Positions 50,206 to 63,250 of a stretch of DNA of 64,000 bases are shown here, in pieces. The first letter of the stretch is position 1. The number at the start of each line of letters is the position of its first letter. The translations under genes were made by a program, and so were the position numbers. Source of the stretch: Chiloscyllium plagiosum. Its lineage: Eukaryota. Where the stretch lies: the NCBI RefSeq assembly GCF_004010195.1, contig NC_057719.1:55221077-55285076 (forward strand), given 5' to 3'. The notes beneath the pieces were generated by a model. The model had not been told where the DNA came from. It did no database searches and saw nothing but the letters and a program-made list of their open reading frames with translations.

Positions 50206-52501
50206 GTCATAACATCATCACTATATTATAGGGTGTAACTTGTGGCTAAAAAGTTCTCATGTTCTGTCTTATCCCAGATCATTTGGAGCATGGCATGCTA
50301 CGAGAAGCATGCTGTTCCATTGTAATCTTTATATTAACCTCGAAACATGTGTGTCTGTGAATTCAATGCTTGTATATAAGCATCAGCTGTTATAAGTATT
50401 TGTTGGATTCATCAATACGATCATGTCTATGTCTAGTTCTTGCATTATGAGGGATAACATAAATTTTGCCATATTAGGTAAAATACGCTGCTTGACGCAA
50501 AATTACTTAGACCTAAATCATATAGTTAAGGTGGTTATTAAAACCTAATTTATGCATTGACTATGATTTCTGTACAAATGTTATCTTTCTCCTTGTGCAT
50601 GGTGATGGGCTTGTCATATATTGTCAGCATGATTTCTTCAAATATTTTTATCCAATCAGTGTAAAGGACAGAATTACCTTGATGCATGGGATTTAGTAAG
50701 AACTTGAGAGTACTTTGACATATACTGGCTGGTTTCGAAGAGCAGGTTTTGAAACAATTCAGAATGTCAAGTGGAAGAGGTGAGTTGAATAATAGAGGGA
50801 CACAGAAAAATGAAGTTTATTGTTCTGATGTTACACAATAACAACTGACAGGTAGCGTTATTGTGATGTACAAACAATGGAGCTACATATATTGTCTGCG
50901 GTTATTGTAAAATATAAAATATAAGACCCTTATAATATTATCTTTACTTAATATATCAAAACTGGAATGCTGCATAACATACAAATCTATTCAGCAAAGC
51001 TTAACAGGAGGAGCAAAGATGGAAATAAGAAATTCAGTCAGCTGTTAAAAGTTAAAATCATTTAGGGTCTTATATATATCATCCAAAATAACAGAGAGAA
51101 TGTTTCGGTGAAAATACAATCTCAGATTTTTCATGACCACGTAATTCAGTCAATCTTCACTCATTTCATGAACCGTCAAAAAACCTCTGCTGTGTTTCAA
51201 TGTTGTGACATACTCCAAGCTGACTGTCCATGCTTCTGAAGAGGAGCAGAGATGCCACCATGTACCCCACCCCCCACCCATCCCCCTACCCTTTGACTCC
51301 ATGTGAAGCACAGACTGTAGTTCTAGAGGCTAATGAGGCCAGATTGGTGCACAATATGGACTGTGGCTTCCAAATTGGCCCAATCTTATCCCTTTAGGCG
51401 TGACAAACCTGGCAGCCATCATTAGATCAGATGTCAGTGCGATCAGTGAGATTTGCAGATCTAGAATCCAGCAGAATAGCAGTGCATGAAGTATTTGCAC
51501 TCAATTCTGATGCCTCTCTAAGCAATAGTGCACATCAGGACTTCAGCAGTCCCTCCTGGAACACAATATCTGCAGATGGTGGGAGGCGAAACAAGGTTAG
51601 CCAGTATAAACTGAAGTTCAAAGTGAAAGCATTATGGCATTTGCCCATGTGTCTGCACCCTGACGAATCTAGCAAAACTATACAACTCCCTAGCTCGCTT
51701 TCTTCGTGCTGATGCTAAAACAGATGAACTCTGTTTTGCTGGAGATCACATCTGTGATCTATTGAGCTGCTGTCACTTTCATTTTGACCCACAGTTCTTC
51801 TGCTGGTAAAGGAAGACTGGAGATCTTTGCAAAGCGGTTTGCAGAAATAAATGCAGACCTGCTGAGTGATTTTCAAAAGGTCTCAAGGCCTAGGACACAC
51901 AGATAAGCCTGGTACTGAATGGACTAATGTCTCCTGTTGTATTATATTGTCTGAACTCCATGTGCTGCTACACACCCCCTAATGGCCGAAAAGAAATGCT
52001 CTTCTGGACTCTGGGTATTCCAAGTCCAAGATGGTCACTGGCCATCCATGAGTGTGCAGCTGACGGTGAGGACATCATACTGTGATGACAATGTCCTCTA
52101 GTAAACCCACACTGTCTGAATTCCCACACTGATAAGTCACTTTTGCCAGTGAGCTGATGCTCTGGAATTTGAGTGCAAAGCTGTGCTTCTTCATGAGTGT
52201 CATGTCATTGTTGCACCCACCTAATGATTGTAATGGCAATAAATGCAGCCATTCTCTTCCTCAGAGAATTGTAAACCATTCCAAGGCAGATTTTGAGCTC
52301 TGTTTAGAAGGGTGTGCTAGAGATAATAGGGAGTTATGCCACCGACAGGAAGACCTCCAACCAAAGTCATCTGCTCAGACAGCAATGCCCATGAGGTGAG
52401 TGTGATGACCACATTCAACTTTTAAGACAAGTGTTTCAGGCATAGTCAGTTAGTTGCTACTGCAATGTTTAAAAACTTAAGTCAAAGGAAAATGCATGAT
52501 T

Positions 52502-53036
52502 ATAGAGTCATGGGGTTATACAGCACCAAAAAAGACCCTTCAGTCCAACATTTCCATGCTGACCAGACATCCCAATCTGACTTAGTCTCATTTGCCAACA
52601 TTTGGCCCATATCCCTCTAAATCCTTCCTAGTCATGTACCCAGCCAGATCCCTTTTAAATGTTGTAATTGATTCCATCACTTCCTCTGGCAACTCATTCC
52701 ATAGACATACCACTCACTGCATGAAAAGGCACCCCTCAGGTTCTTTCCCCTTTCACCTTAAATCTATGCCCTTCAGTTTTGGACTTCCCCACTCTAGAAA
52801 AAAGGCTTTGGCTATTCATCTTATCCATGCCCCTCAAGATTTTATAAACCTCTATAAGATTGCCCCTCAGCGAGGGAGAAAAGATCCAGCCTAGTTAGCT
52901 CTCTTTATAACTCCAACCCTCCAGTCCCGGCAATATCCTTGCAAATATTTTTTGCTTCCTCTCAAGTTCAATAACATCTTTCCTATTGAAGGACAACCAG
53001 AATTCTGTGCAGTATTCTAAAAGTGGACTGACCAAT
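52502..53036 (-). mobile_element. CR1 3' fragment
   Basis: Homologous to 48775-49370. Confidence 0.88.
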
Positions 53037-55074
53037 GGTTGTTGACATTTACAGAATAATATAACATAATATATTATAACTTGATGTGAGACACGTATGA
53101 GACCATTGAAATATGCACTTTCTGCATGAACAAAACATCTTGATTGAGTGCAAGATTATTAATGATTAATACATTTGATCTGTAGGCACTAATTAATGAC
53201 CTATGATTAATATTAAGGTGCGCTTGTGGACCTTAGTTTAAGCAGTTTTTATAACAAGAATAGCAGCACAATCTTTAACTAATATAGATGGAAAACTAAC
53301 TAATGACTGCTACAATTGATATAGATCAAGTCATGTATCACAGTGCATTACTATTCAAAAGGTGAATAGTTGTAAATATGGCAAGCAATTAATCAGCATT
53401 GTAAAGTAACATATCAAATAAAAGTAGAATATTTCCATGAGAGTTATTAAATAGGATTCTGTGAGATTAGACAAAACGATTTCCTGATGATAAAAGCTAA
53501 AAGATGAGTTATCCAACAAACAACGTAAGTTGTAAAAATAATGTGAAATCTAACGTTATCATAGGAAATTCTGATGTTAGAAATCCAAACACACAGATCA
53601 TCCTATTATTGCTCATTGACAGAGTTGAGCTTAAATGAAAATTTGGATGCTATGAAAATGAATGAGTACAAGAAACACATCATAAAGAATGATATTAATA
53701 AAATATCATTGGATATCATTGTTCATTTTATTCATGATAAGACAGGAAATGAAATAATTCCATTTATATAGCTTTTGTATATAAATTCATCAATAAGCTA
53801 CATTATAAAAGGAAAAGTGATTGTTTGATGCTTAAGGCAATCTTTCTCTAATTGAAAGCTCTACTTAATCAAGATTAGAGCATTACATACAAACCATGCA
53901 GTTCCTAAACACAGCATGAGCTTTCAACTCCTGATTCCTGTTAGCAATCTGTTTTCTCAGCAAAGGGCAGTTTCCATAAACAGATGGTTCTCCTATGAAC
54001 TGAGACTTGCATTATTATGCATACTGAGAGCTGGGGAAGCATACTACAAGACTAACAAATAACTCAATAACAGTTTTTTCCAATTCAGGAGGCATGTGGG
54101 ATGCCTGTCGCATTCTTCTAGCTGCACAAATAGTTAACATCAAATCATCCTTTCTGAAATAATCCAAAAACTAATAGATAAAGTAATTTAATAATTGTTT
54201 ATTACAGACTCAGAAAAATGCAAGGGGAAGATAATTAGAAATCAATGGAGAGAATCAATCCACCAAGTGATAAAGAATCTTTGACAGAACACATTTCTTA
54301 CACAATCCAAAATTCTTCCTCATGAGACCTTTGTGGGAAACAACATGATTAGAGGCAAATCAAATATTGCATTTACCTATGAGCTTCTGTACCCTATTGC
54401 CAGGCTGAAATGTAGCCTTTCCACAAACCTTTGTGGAAAACAGTCACTCACTGGGTTTTTTCTCAGGCTGCCAATTAATGAACAGACAACAGACTTGGAT
54501 CAGCTTGCAAAGCTGCAAACCCAATTGGAGATCTTCCAGCTTAAAAGGAGTAGCAGGTTGTGATGGAATCCCTTTTGAACTTTATAGTTTCATTGATATT
54601 TTCTCTCTTCGCACCTCCATCTAAAATATATTACTTCTGTGTTAAGTTATGTTTACCCAAGTGTATGCTCATTCTATCAGTGCACAGTTCACAAAACTTC
54701 TAAGTTTTTCATATACTGTAGTGACTTCAGATCCTAAGCCCCAGTAGGACATAGTCTCCTGCTTCACTGTACATGTTCTGCTGTCCATTAATGCTCATTA
54801 GCTATGGCTCACTTAGAATGACTGATTAATAAGTATTGGCATATGAATGTAGACATAAATACCTTTATCAAAGATGTCTGTTCCATACACCTGATCAACT
54901 TTAGATTGCACTGAGGCACAAAATTCTTAATGGTCAAGAAAGCCTGGGAACATAATGGTGAAAAGGAAAGTATAGCAGTGTATTTTTACTTTCCTACTTA
55001 ACACTTGGAAGCACCATCACCACACTCACTGCTATGATTTACACAGAAAGCCAACTATGGTAACTAGAAATGGG

Positions 55075-57105
55075 CAATAAACGTAATAGTAATGCCATTG
55101 AATGTCAATGGGTGATGGTTAGATTTCTTTTTTATTTGAGATGCCATTTCCTGGCATTTGTGTGGCTTGAATGTTATTTGTCACTTGTCAGCCCAAACTT
55201 GGATACTGTCCTGGTTTTGCTGCATTTGGATATGGACTGCCTTAAGCATCTGAGGAGTCACATATGTTTTTTGAATGTTGTGCAATTATTGATGAATATC
55301 CCGCTTCTGACCTTATGATGGAGGGAAGGTCACTGAGGAAGCAGCTGCAGATGATTGGGTCTAGGACACCACCCTGAGGAGTACCTGCAGTGATGTCCTG
55401 CAACTGAGAAGACTAAAAGTCCAACAAACAAATGCACCTTCCTTTGCCCAAGTTATGACTTCAGACAGTAGAGAGTTTTCCTCAATTCCTATTGACTCCA
55501 GTTTTGCTAGGGCTTCTTTATTGGCACAAATGCAGCCTTGAAATCAAAGGCAGTTGTCTCAACTTATCTATGTCCACGTTTGCCCATTGAACCAAGGCTG
55601 CAATGAGACAAGAAGCTGAATAACCCGAAGAGAGCACAAACATGACATCAGTGGCCAGGTTATTGCTAAGCAAGTGTTGCTTAACAGTACTATTGATGTC
55701 TATTTCCAACATTTTACTGACGATTGAGAGTAAACTGGTAGAAAACTGGTCAGGTTGGATTACTTTGGTCAGGTTACTCCCGGCACCTTCCCCTGCAACC
55801 GTAAGAAGTGCAAAACTTGCGCCCACACCTCCCCCCTCACCTCCCTCCAAGGCCCCAATGGATCCTTCCATATCCATCACAAATTCACCTGCACCTCCAC
55901 ACACATCATTTACTGTATCTGCTACACCCGATGTGGTCTCCTCTACATTGGGGAGACAGGCCGCCTACTTGCGGAATGTTTCAGGGAACACTTCTGGGAC
56001 ACCCGCACCAACCAACCCAACCACCCCGTGGCTGAATACTTTAACTCCCCCCTCCCACTCCGCCAAGGACATGCAGGTCCTTGGCTTCCTCCATCGCCAG
56101 ACCCTGGCCACACGATAACAGCCCGCTTTGCAGACCAGCCTCATTCCTGAAAAAGGGCTTATGCCCGAAACGTTGATTCTCCTGCTCCTCAGATGCTGCC
56201 TGGCCTGCTGTGTTTTTTCAGCACCACATTTTTCAACTCTGGTCTCCAGCATCTGCAGTCCTCACTTTCTTCAGGTTGGATTAATCCTGCATTTGTGTGC
56301 AGATACACCTGAGCACTTTTCCACATAGTCAACTTTATCTTGCTTACTGATGTGTATGGGATTGGGGATGTTTCGAGAGCCTCCTCCTACAGTGAGTTGT
56401 TTAAAATTGGGAACTTGTCAGGCCATGAGATTGCAGGAATGTGTCTGAGTAAAATTTTGCTACTGATGATGGCCCCATAGCATTTAATGGATGCTTAACA
56501 TTGAGTTGCTGGATCTATTCGAAATCTATTCTATGGTGGTGGTGCATGGCATCCTCAATGTGAAGACAATATTTTGTCTCCACAAGAACTGTATCCTTGA
56601 CACTCCTCCTAATACTATCACGGATAGATGCATTTGCAGCAGGCAGATTGGTGAGATCAAGTATGTTTCTCCCTCGTGTCGGTTTCTTCATAACCTTCCA
56701 CAGTTAGTCGTGGTGCTGCTAAGTCATTCTTGGTAATGGACATAATGAAGATCCACTCCCTACCCAAAGCACATTCTGTACCCTTGCCAACTTTAGTACT
56801 TCCTCAAAGAGTATTCAATATGGTGGAGAACCAATTCATCAGCTGATGGAGGACACTAGAAGACAACTCGCATTTGGTTTCCTTGTCCAAGTTTGACTTG
56901 ATGCTGTTAGACTTCATGGAACCTGGAGTCAATGTTGAGGATTCCCATGGCAACTCCCTCTTGCCTTTATATTTTTGTGCTGGTTCTTGATTTGCCCTGC
57001 CATTTGTACAAGACATATCCGGAGATGATGACTGCGTTGCATGGGATATGTTGCTTGACTCGTCTATTAAACAACTTTTCCAAGGCTGACACTAGCCCAG
57101 AAGTA
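55075..57105 (-). mobile_element. CR1/L2-group LINE family B (APE-RT remnants), interrupted by a PLE
   Basis: SLLSIVSKMLEIDINSTVKQHLLSNNL; homologous to 21360-21945. Confidence 0.75.
55763..56270 (+). mobile_element. Penelope-like GIY-YIG 3' fragment, 13-bp TSD
   Basis: PGTFPCNRKKCKTC..IIYCI..LYIGETGRLLAECFREH; tcaggttggatta at 55750-55762 and 56271-56283. Confidence 0.93.
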
Positions 57106-57171
57106 AACAAATGTAGCATTGCTATCCAGAAAATGAGTTAAAAAGGAAAAAGGGTACTGGAGACTAGAGAA

Positions 57172-57389
57172 AAATCAGTTCTGCTATGACGCGGCAGTTC
57201 CGTTCTTGTCCAACCCCGTGTCATAAGAAAATTGCATAATAGCAGCACATTTAAATTAATGGAGCTGGAATCACATTATAACCAATATGTGCTTTAAAAG
57301 TTTGTACTTTAGAAACAGTGTCTCCAATTTGTCAAGTATTATAGTGAATTCAGATTAACAAAACACACGTTATACCAGAACTACCTGTA
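57172..57389. mobile_element. Tigger/pogo-like MITE
   Basis: Imperfect TIRs agttctgctatgacgcg / cacgttataccagaact; right end cctgTA. Confidence 0.65.
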
Positions 57390-57399
57390 TTGAAGTCAG

Positions 57400-58050
57400 T
57401 TATCAAGAAAATTGAGGAATCTAATAGTCTTAACATGCACTTAGAAATTATAATATTACAAAATAGAAACAACATTGTTTTCCTAAAAGAAAATTATATT
57501 TGATATACTTATTAAAGATTTTTGAGAATATAACTAGTTTGGTAGATAAATAGAAACCAGTTGATGTAAGTATCATGGATTTTCAGAAGACATCCAATAA
57601 GACTAACAAAAAAAAGTTAACCTGCAAGACAAGGGCTCATGGAGTGGTAATAATATATCAGCATTGTTAGAAGATTGGTTAATGGACAAGAAGCAAAGTG
57701 TATGATAAATGATGCGGTCCCAAGTTGATAGTCTGTGAATGTAATGATGCAACAAGCAGTGCTGGAGATTCCGCAATTTTCAGTCTGACTTAGATGAAGA
57801 GACCAAAAGTAATGTATCTAAGTTAGCTGATACTCTGAAGTTAGATAGGAATATAGGGTATGCAGACAACACATATACACTGCAAAGTGATACATACAGG
57901 TTAATTGAGTGTGAATAAGATGGCAGATGGAGTATAATGCAGGGATCTGTGAGGTTATTCACATTGGAATTAAGAATGGAAAAGCAAATATTTTTTAAAA
58001 GGCGCAAAACACAAAAATGTTGACATTCAGAAAGACCTGGGTATACTCAG
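57400..58050 (+). mobile_element. Old CR1 RT remnant
   Basis: gattttcagaagacatccaataag (DFQK) and SNVSKLADTLKL. Confidence 0.7.
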
Positions 58051-58084
58051 AGAATTTCAGAGAAACCTAGGATATGGGGAAGAA

Positions 58085-58345
58085 ACAAAAAGTGTGGTGC
58101 TGGAAAAGCACAGCCGGTCAGGCAGCCTCTGAGGAGCAAGAGAGTTGATGTTTCGAGCATAGACCCTTCATCAGGAATAGGGGAGTGGGGGAGGGGGGTG
58201 GAGGCAAGGGGGTTGAGAGATAAATAGGAGGGGATGTGGGGCTCGAGTAGGATGTGGTTAGGAATGTGATAGGTAGGTAAAGGTGGGAGGTGATGGTGAT
58301 AGGTCGGAAGGAAGATGGACAGCTAGGAAGGAAGATGGGGAAGGG
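58085..58345 (-). mobile_element. Penelope-like 3' remnant
   Basis: gctggaaaagcacagccggtcaggcagc..cccttcatcaggaat plus G-rich tract. Confidence 0.85.
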
Positions 58346-58536
58346 ATAGGTAATTAGAACACAAAGCTCAAATGTGATTGCATTGTTGGCTTCATGGGTC
58401 ATATGGTAACCTTTTCTGTTCTCAATGGAAAAGTTACTTATACTTTTATTACAGCTTGGTGATATTATTAGTCAGATTAAGAGAACTATATCTGAAAAGT
58501 TGAAAGATTATTCCAAAATCTAATGTTCCAGAATTC

Positions 58537-58762
58537 AGCCAGAGAGTAATGAATCTGTGGAATTCATTGCCACTGAAGGCTGTGGAGGCCAGGTCATTGA
58601 GTACATATAAGACTGAGAAAGATAGGTTCTTCAGTATCAAGGGGATCAAGGCTTATGGGAGAAAGATGGAGAATGGGTTGAGAAACTTGTCAGGATTGAA
58701 TGGCGGAGCGGACTCAATAGGCTGAATGGCCTAATGTTTGCTCCTCTGTCTTATTGTCTTAT
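58537..58762 (+). mobile_element. CR1 3' end
   Basis: Homologous to 33250-33478. Confidence 0.85.
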
Positions 58763-59154
58763 ATATTTACTAAGAGGAATAATGGCAGATCTTAGTCCAG
58801 AGGAACATTGCTTAAATAAAGCTTTCTGTAAGATATGGCATGATAACAAATCATAAATAAAAAGAGTAACATTCACTCCATTTACAGAGTGATATACAGA
58901 GAAGCGTTTCCTCTTCAGAATTATAACTTAAACAGAATATAGTAGGAGCAGTACATTTATCATGACAAGCATTCATTTTATAAAGGTAGGTACATAAGAA
59001 ATGATAAAGTCAAGATGATTTGAATTTTAGAATTAGTAATTTTTAGCCAATTATCTGCATTTGGCTTGAAATAGCACCAAAAGCAACACTTTGTCTGTTA
59101 ACATGGTTGAAGTCAGATGGATCTGCTGGAACCACAGTGCACAATATATGATCA

Positions 59155-60107
59155 ATGAGCTGAATATTGTTTTAAAAAAATCATCTCAGCATGATGTTTT
59201 AAAATCCAACCTGGAGTTTAAACCAGGATAAGTTGTTACTTTTGCAAACTTAATCTAAATTCAGTGAAATCTTCAGGACAATAGTGAAGGATTATGTAAA
59301 ATGCTCTCGCTTGTCTGGACAAAAGGGTTTATGGTGTGGCTCATCCCTCCAATTTATTTAACAGTCTAAAAGAGCGTAATCATTTGCCCAGTCTTCAATA
59401 ATATGGAGCAAAAGGAAAGATCACATGATGCTGAAGAATTTGTCTGATTCCTGACATTCTAATCAGGATGAGAATCACTGCTTGATACTAATAATATTAT
59501 GAGGAGGAGAGGACAGTAAACAGACTGGTAAGTTTGGTTATAAGGAGAGGCTGGATAGGCTGTGACTTTTTCCCTGGAATGTAGGAAGCTGAGGGGTGAT
59601 CTTATAGATACTTATAAAATCATGAGGTAAGGTGAAAAGCCAAGTCTTTTCCCTGGGGAAGGGGAGTCCAAAACTGAGAGGGCATAGGTTTAAGGTGAGG
59701 GGGGAAAGTTTTAAAAGAGACCTGAGGGGCAAATTTTTCACACAGAGGGGTGCTGCATGTGTAAATTGAACTGCCAGAGGAAGTGATATTGGCAGGTATA
59801 ATTACAATATTTGAAAATCATTTGGACAGAGACACGGATAGAAAAGGTTTAAAGTAATTTAGTCAAAATACAGGAAAATGGGACTAATTCAGTCTAGGAA
59901 ACCTGGTTGGCATGGACAAGTTGTCCTGAAGAGTCTGTTTTTGTGCTGTATAACTTTATGATATTATGACAATTCCATAATCTATTGCAAGATTTCACTG
60001 AATTTGGATTAAGTTTGCAAAAATAACAACTTATCCTGGTTTAAACTCCAGGTTGGATTTTAAAACATCATGCTGAGATGATTATTTTAAAACAATATTC
60101 AGCTCAT
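59155..60107. repeat. ~119-bp near-perfect inverted repeat (59155-59273 and 59989-60107)
   Basis: Direct reverse-complement comparison; 3 mismatches seen by eye. Confidence 0.95.
59537..59970 (+). mobile_element. CR1 3' fragment lying between the inverted-repeat arms
   Basis: gaggggtgatcttataga..gagggcataggtttaaggtgag and 3' UTR. Confidence 0.88.
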
Positions 60108-60205
60108 GGATGTCAGCACCACTGGCTATAGCAGCATTTGTTGCCCATTGCTAGTTGCCTTTGAGAAGGTGGTGGTCAGCTGCCTTCTTGAACCGCTCCA
60201 GTTCG
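60108..60205 (-). mobile_element. LINE family B 3' end
   Basis: cagcatttgttgcccattgctagttgcc..ctgccttcttgaaccgct. Confidence 0.7.
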
Positions 60206-61519
60206 TGTATAAATAATAATCATGATTTTCCTGGAATGGGAAATCTCATGGCATGATCTATCAGTTATACTTGTTCTTGCACATCACAGATCAAATATAT
60301 TTTGGCTGTGAACTCTGTGGAAGCCCAAGTTGACAATAGAGCAGTTGGAGCAACAAGGCATCAAAGATTTGATTGTTCAATTGGACAAACAGGAGTTCTT
60401 ATTAACCAATGAGATTAAAATACTGAGAAGTAAAATAAGAAGAGACGATGAAGGAAGGTGAAGTAAAGGGGATGAATTCAATTTCCTATCCATTAAAAAA
60501 GTAAACAAAAGGAAGTGATAAGAACAAAAAATTTAAACATTTAAGAATTGATTTTTCCAACAATGTTTCTAAGCTCTCTACCATGATTCCACCACCTGAA
60601 GAACTGATATTCCATAGTTTAAGTTCTGGACGAGAGAGGTTAATGAATGATCATTAATAATTATCACCTCACTAAAAGTGCACTTTGCCTGTTAATTACA
60701 AAAAAAAGCTTTTGTTGTGAGTTAAACAGAAAATTATTGAGAAAATACAGCAATTTCATGAAAATCATGTGGAAATTAAGATTTAGAAGCTATTTTTCTG
60801 GAGTCAATGCATGTTATTTATGGCCAGTCAGTAACATGAATGTACACAATTCAAGGACATTCTCTTTCTTGCCATAAGTTGCTGCTAATAAAATATGACA
60901 TGTGCATTGTTCACATGTTGGAAGATTGCTAAAAACATTGTAGAACTCTGTAAATAAATACCTGTTTCCAAGTTTTGCATCTAGACATAAAATCAGCTAA
61001 AAATCATGTTCTGTGTTGCAATGTGAAGTATTTGTTACAAGGTTGCACTTCTTTGTTGATGCAAAACCATAAATAGTAATCAGAATTATTTAATGTCAAT
61101 TCTTGCACTAATAATTTTATGAGAAATCAAATATTGTTTAGTTCAAAGACAACTTCCTACTTGATATGACTACAGAATGTGCTTTTTTTCTTAACAACAC
61201 TGCTTGTGCATGTGTTTGATCAAATTCTAGCCTGAAATCAAAACCTGATGTGATAACAGCCAATATTGATCATGAGCATATTTGGATGGCATCGGAAATT
61301 ATTTCTGTACTTCAGTTGAATTGTCTTACGTCAATTTCAGTTAGCACCCAGTGCTGCACTGAAGAAGAGAACTACAGCATCTGGTGGATGAGTAAATTTG
61401 TGAATATATTCTAAACACTAGATCAGAGCCTACCCTAAATTTAGTGAGTACTGAGCAAGCATCATATCAGAACAGGTCTATCCTTGTGACAAACCAAAAG
61501 CTTGTTGGAAAAGCATCCA

Positions 61520-61662
61520 GGGATGTGCAGGCTAAGTGGATTAGCCATGGTAAATATGGGGATGGGGTTGGGGGCTAGGTCTCAGTGGGATGCTCTTCAA
61601 AGGGTTGGTGCAGACCTGATGGGACAAGTGGACCTCTTTCTACACTGTAGGGATTCTATGTT
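61520..61662 (+). mobile_element. HE1-type SINE 3' half
   Basis: gatgtgcaggctaagtggattagccatg...acactgtagggattctatg. Confidence 0.8.
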
Positions 61663-62240
61663 CCTGTGATCCTTACTTTAATTTCACAGTCAAAAAGGAA
61701 CCCCAGTCTCACCCCACTGACAATCAGGAATGCAATCCCATTCTAAAGTCAGTAAGGACACTGACTCCACACTGGTAATGGTTCTGCAGAGGTATATTTT
61801 CATATAACATTATAACCACACATTGTCACCCATTAGAGTTGGAGACAAGGTGCTCTGCTCTAAATTTGAAAGATATATATGTTTCTGTTCCCTAAGGTCC
61901 CAATAATTGGGTTTGTCCAAATGTAGTTGTAATTATTGCTATCATTACGGGGAGAAAGTGAGGTCTGCAGATGCTGGAGATCAAAGTTGAAACTTTATTG
62001 CTGGAACAGCACAGCAGGTCAGGCAGCATCCAGGGAACAGGAGATTCGACGTTTCGGGCACAGGCCCTTCTTCAGGAATGAGCAGAGAGTGTTCAGCAGG
62101 AGAAGATAAAAGGTAGGGAGGAGGGACGTGGAGGAGGGGAGTTGGAAATGTGATAGGTGGAAAGAGGTCAAGGTGAGGGTGATAGGTCGGAGTAGGACGG
62201 AGGCGGAGAGGTCAAGAAGAAGACTACAGGTCAGGAAGGC

Positions 62241-62834
62241 NNNNNNNNNNNNNNNNNNNNNNNNNNNNNNNNNNNNNNNNNNNNNNNNNNNNNNNNNNNN
62301 NNNNNNNNNNNNNNNNNNNNNNNNNNNNNNNNNNNNNNNNNNNNNNNNNNNNNNNNNNNNNNNNNNNNNNNNNNNNNNNNNNNNNNNNNNNNNNNNNNNN
62401 NNNNNNNNNNNNNNNNNNNNNNNNNNNNNNNNNNNNNNNNNNNNNNNNNNNNNNNNNNNNNNNNNNNNNNNNNNNNNNNNNNNNNNNNNNNNNNNNNNNN
62501 NNNNNNNNNNNNNNNNNNNNNNNNNNNNNNNNNNNNNNNNNNNNNNNNNNNNNNNNNNNNNNNNNNNNNNNNNNNNNNNNNNNNNNNNNNNNNNNNNNNN
62601 NNNNNNNNNNNNNNNNNNNNNNNNNNNNNNNNNNNNNNNNNNNNNNNNNNNNNNNNNNNNNNNNNNNNNNNNNNNNNNNNNNNNNNNNNNNNNNNNNNNN
62701 NNNNNNNNNNNNNNNNNNNNNNNNNNNNNNNNNNNNNNNNNNNNNNNNNNNNNNNNNNNNNNNNNNNNNNNNNNNNNNNNNNNNNNNNNNNNNNNNNNNN
62801 NNNNNNNNNNNNNNNNNNNNNNNNNNNNNNNNNN
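62241..62834. other. Assembly gap (594 N)
   Basis: Run of n. Confidence 1.
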
Positions 62835-63214
62835 CGAACCACCCTGTAGCACAGCATTTCAACTCCCCCTCCTACTCCACCGAGGATATGCAGGTCATTG
62901 GACTCATCCACCGCCAAACCACAAGAACGCGACGGTCGGAGGAGGAGCGTCTTATCTTCCGACTGTGAACCCTCCAACCGCAGGGGATGAACTTGGACTT
63001 CACCAGTTTCTTCATCCCCCCTCCCCCCACCTTGTCTCAGCCGGATCCTTCCAGCCCGGCGCCGCCTTCCTGACCTGCAGTCTTCTTCTTGACCTCTCCG
63101 CCTCCGACCTATCACCCTCACCTTGACCTCTTTCCACCTATCACATTTCCAACGCCCCTCCTCCAAGTCCCTCCTCCCTACCTTTTATCTTCTCCTGCTG
63201 AACATTCTCTGCTC

Positions 63215-63250
63215 ATTCCTGAAGAAGGGCCTGTGCCCGAAACGTCGAAT
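63215..63250 (+). ncRNA. Minimal type-I hammerhead ribozyme motif (identical mirror copy at 62044-62079 on the minus strand)
   Basis: auuc-CUGAAGA-a-GGGC-cugu-GCCC-GAAAC-GUC-gaau: intact core, stems I and II, palindromic ACGU at stem III. Confidence 0.75.

Noticed and set aside
51431..51712. Possible exon DLESSRIAV..GGRRNK between ttgcag and gttagc
   Set aside because: Weak polypyrimidine tract, no recognisable protein, and neighbouring DNA looks like decayed transposon
54466..54560. Possible exon after the acceptor ttttttctcag
   Set aside because: No convincing donor and no recognisable product
62019..63166. Long 212-332 aa ORFs in the ORF track
   Set aside because: Artefacts of translating through the N gap inside a Penelope element
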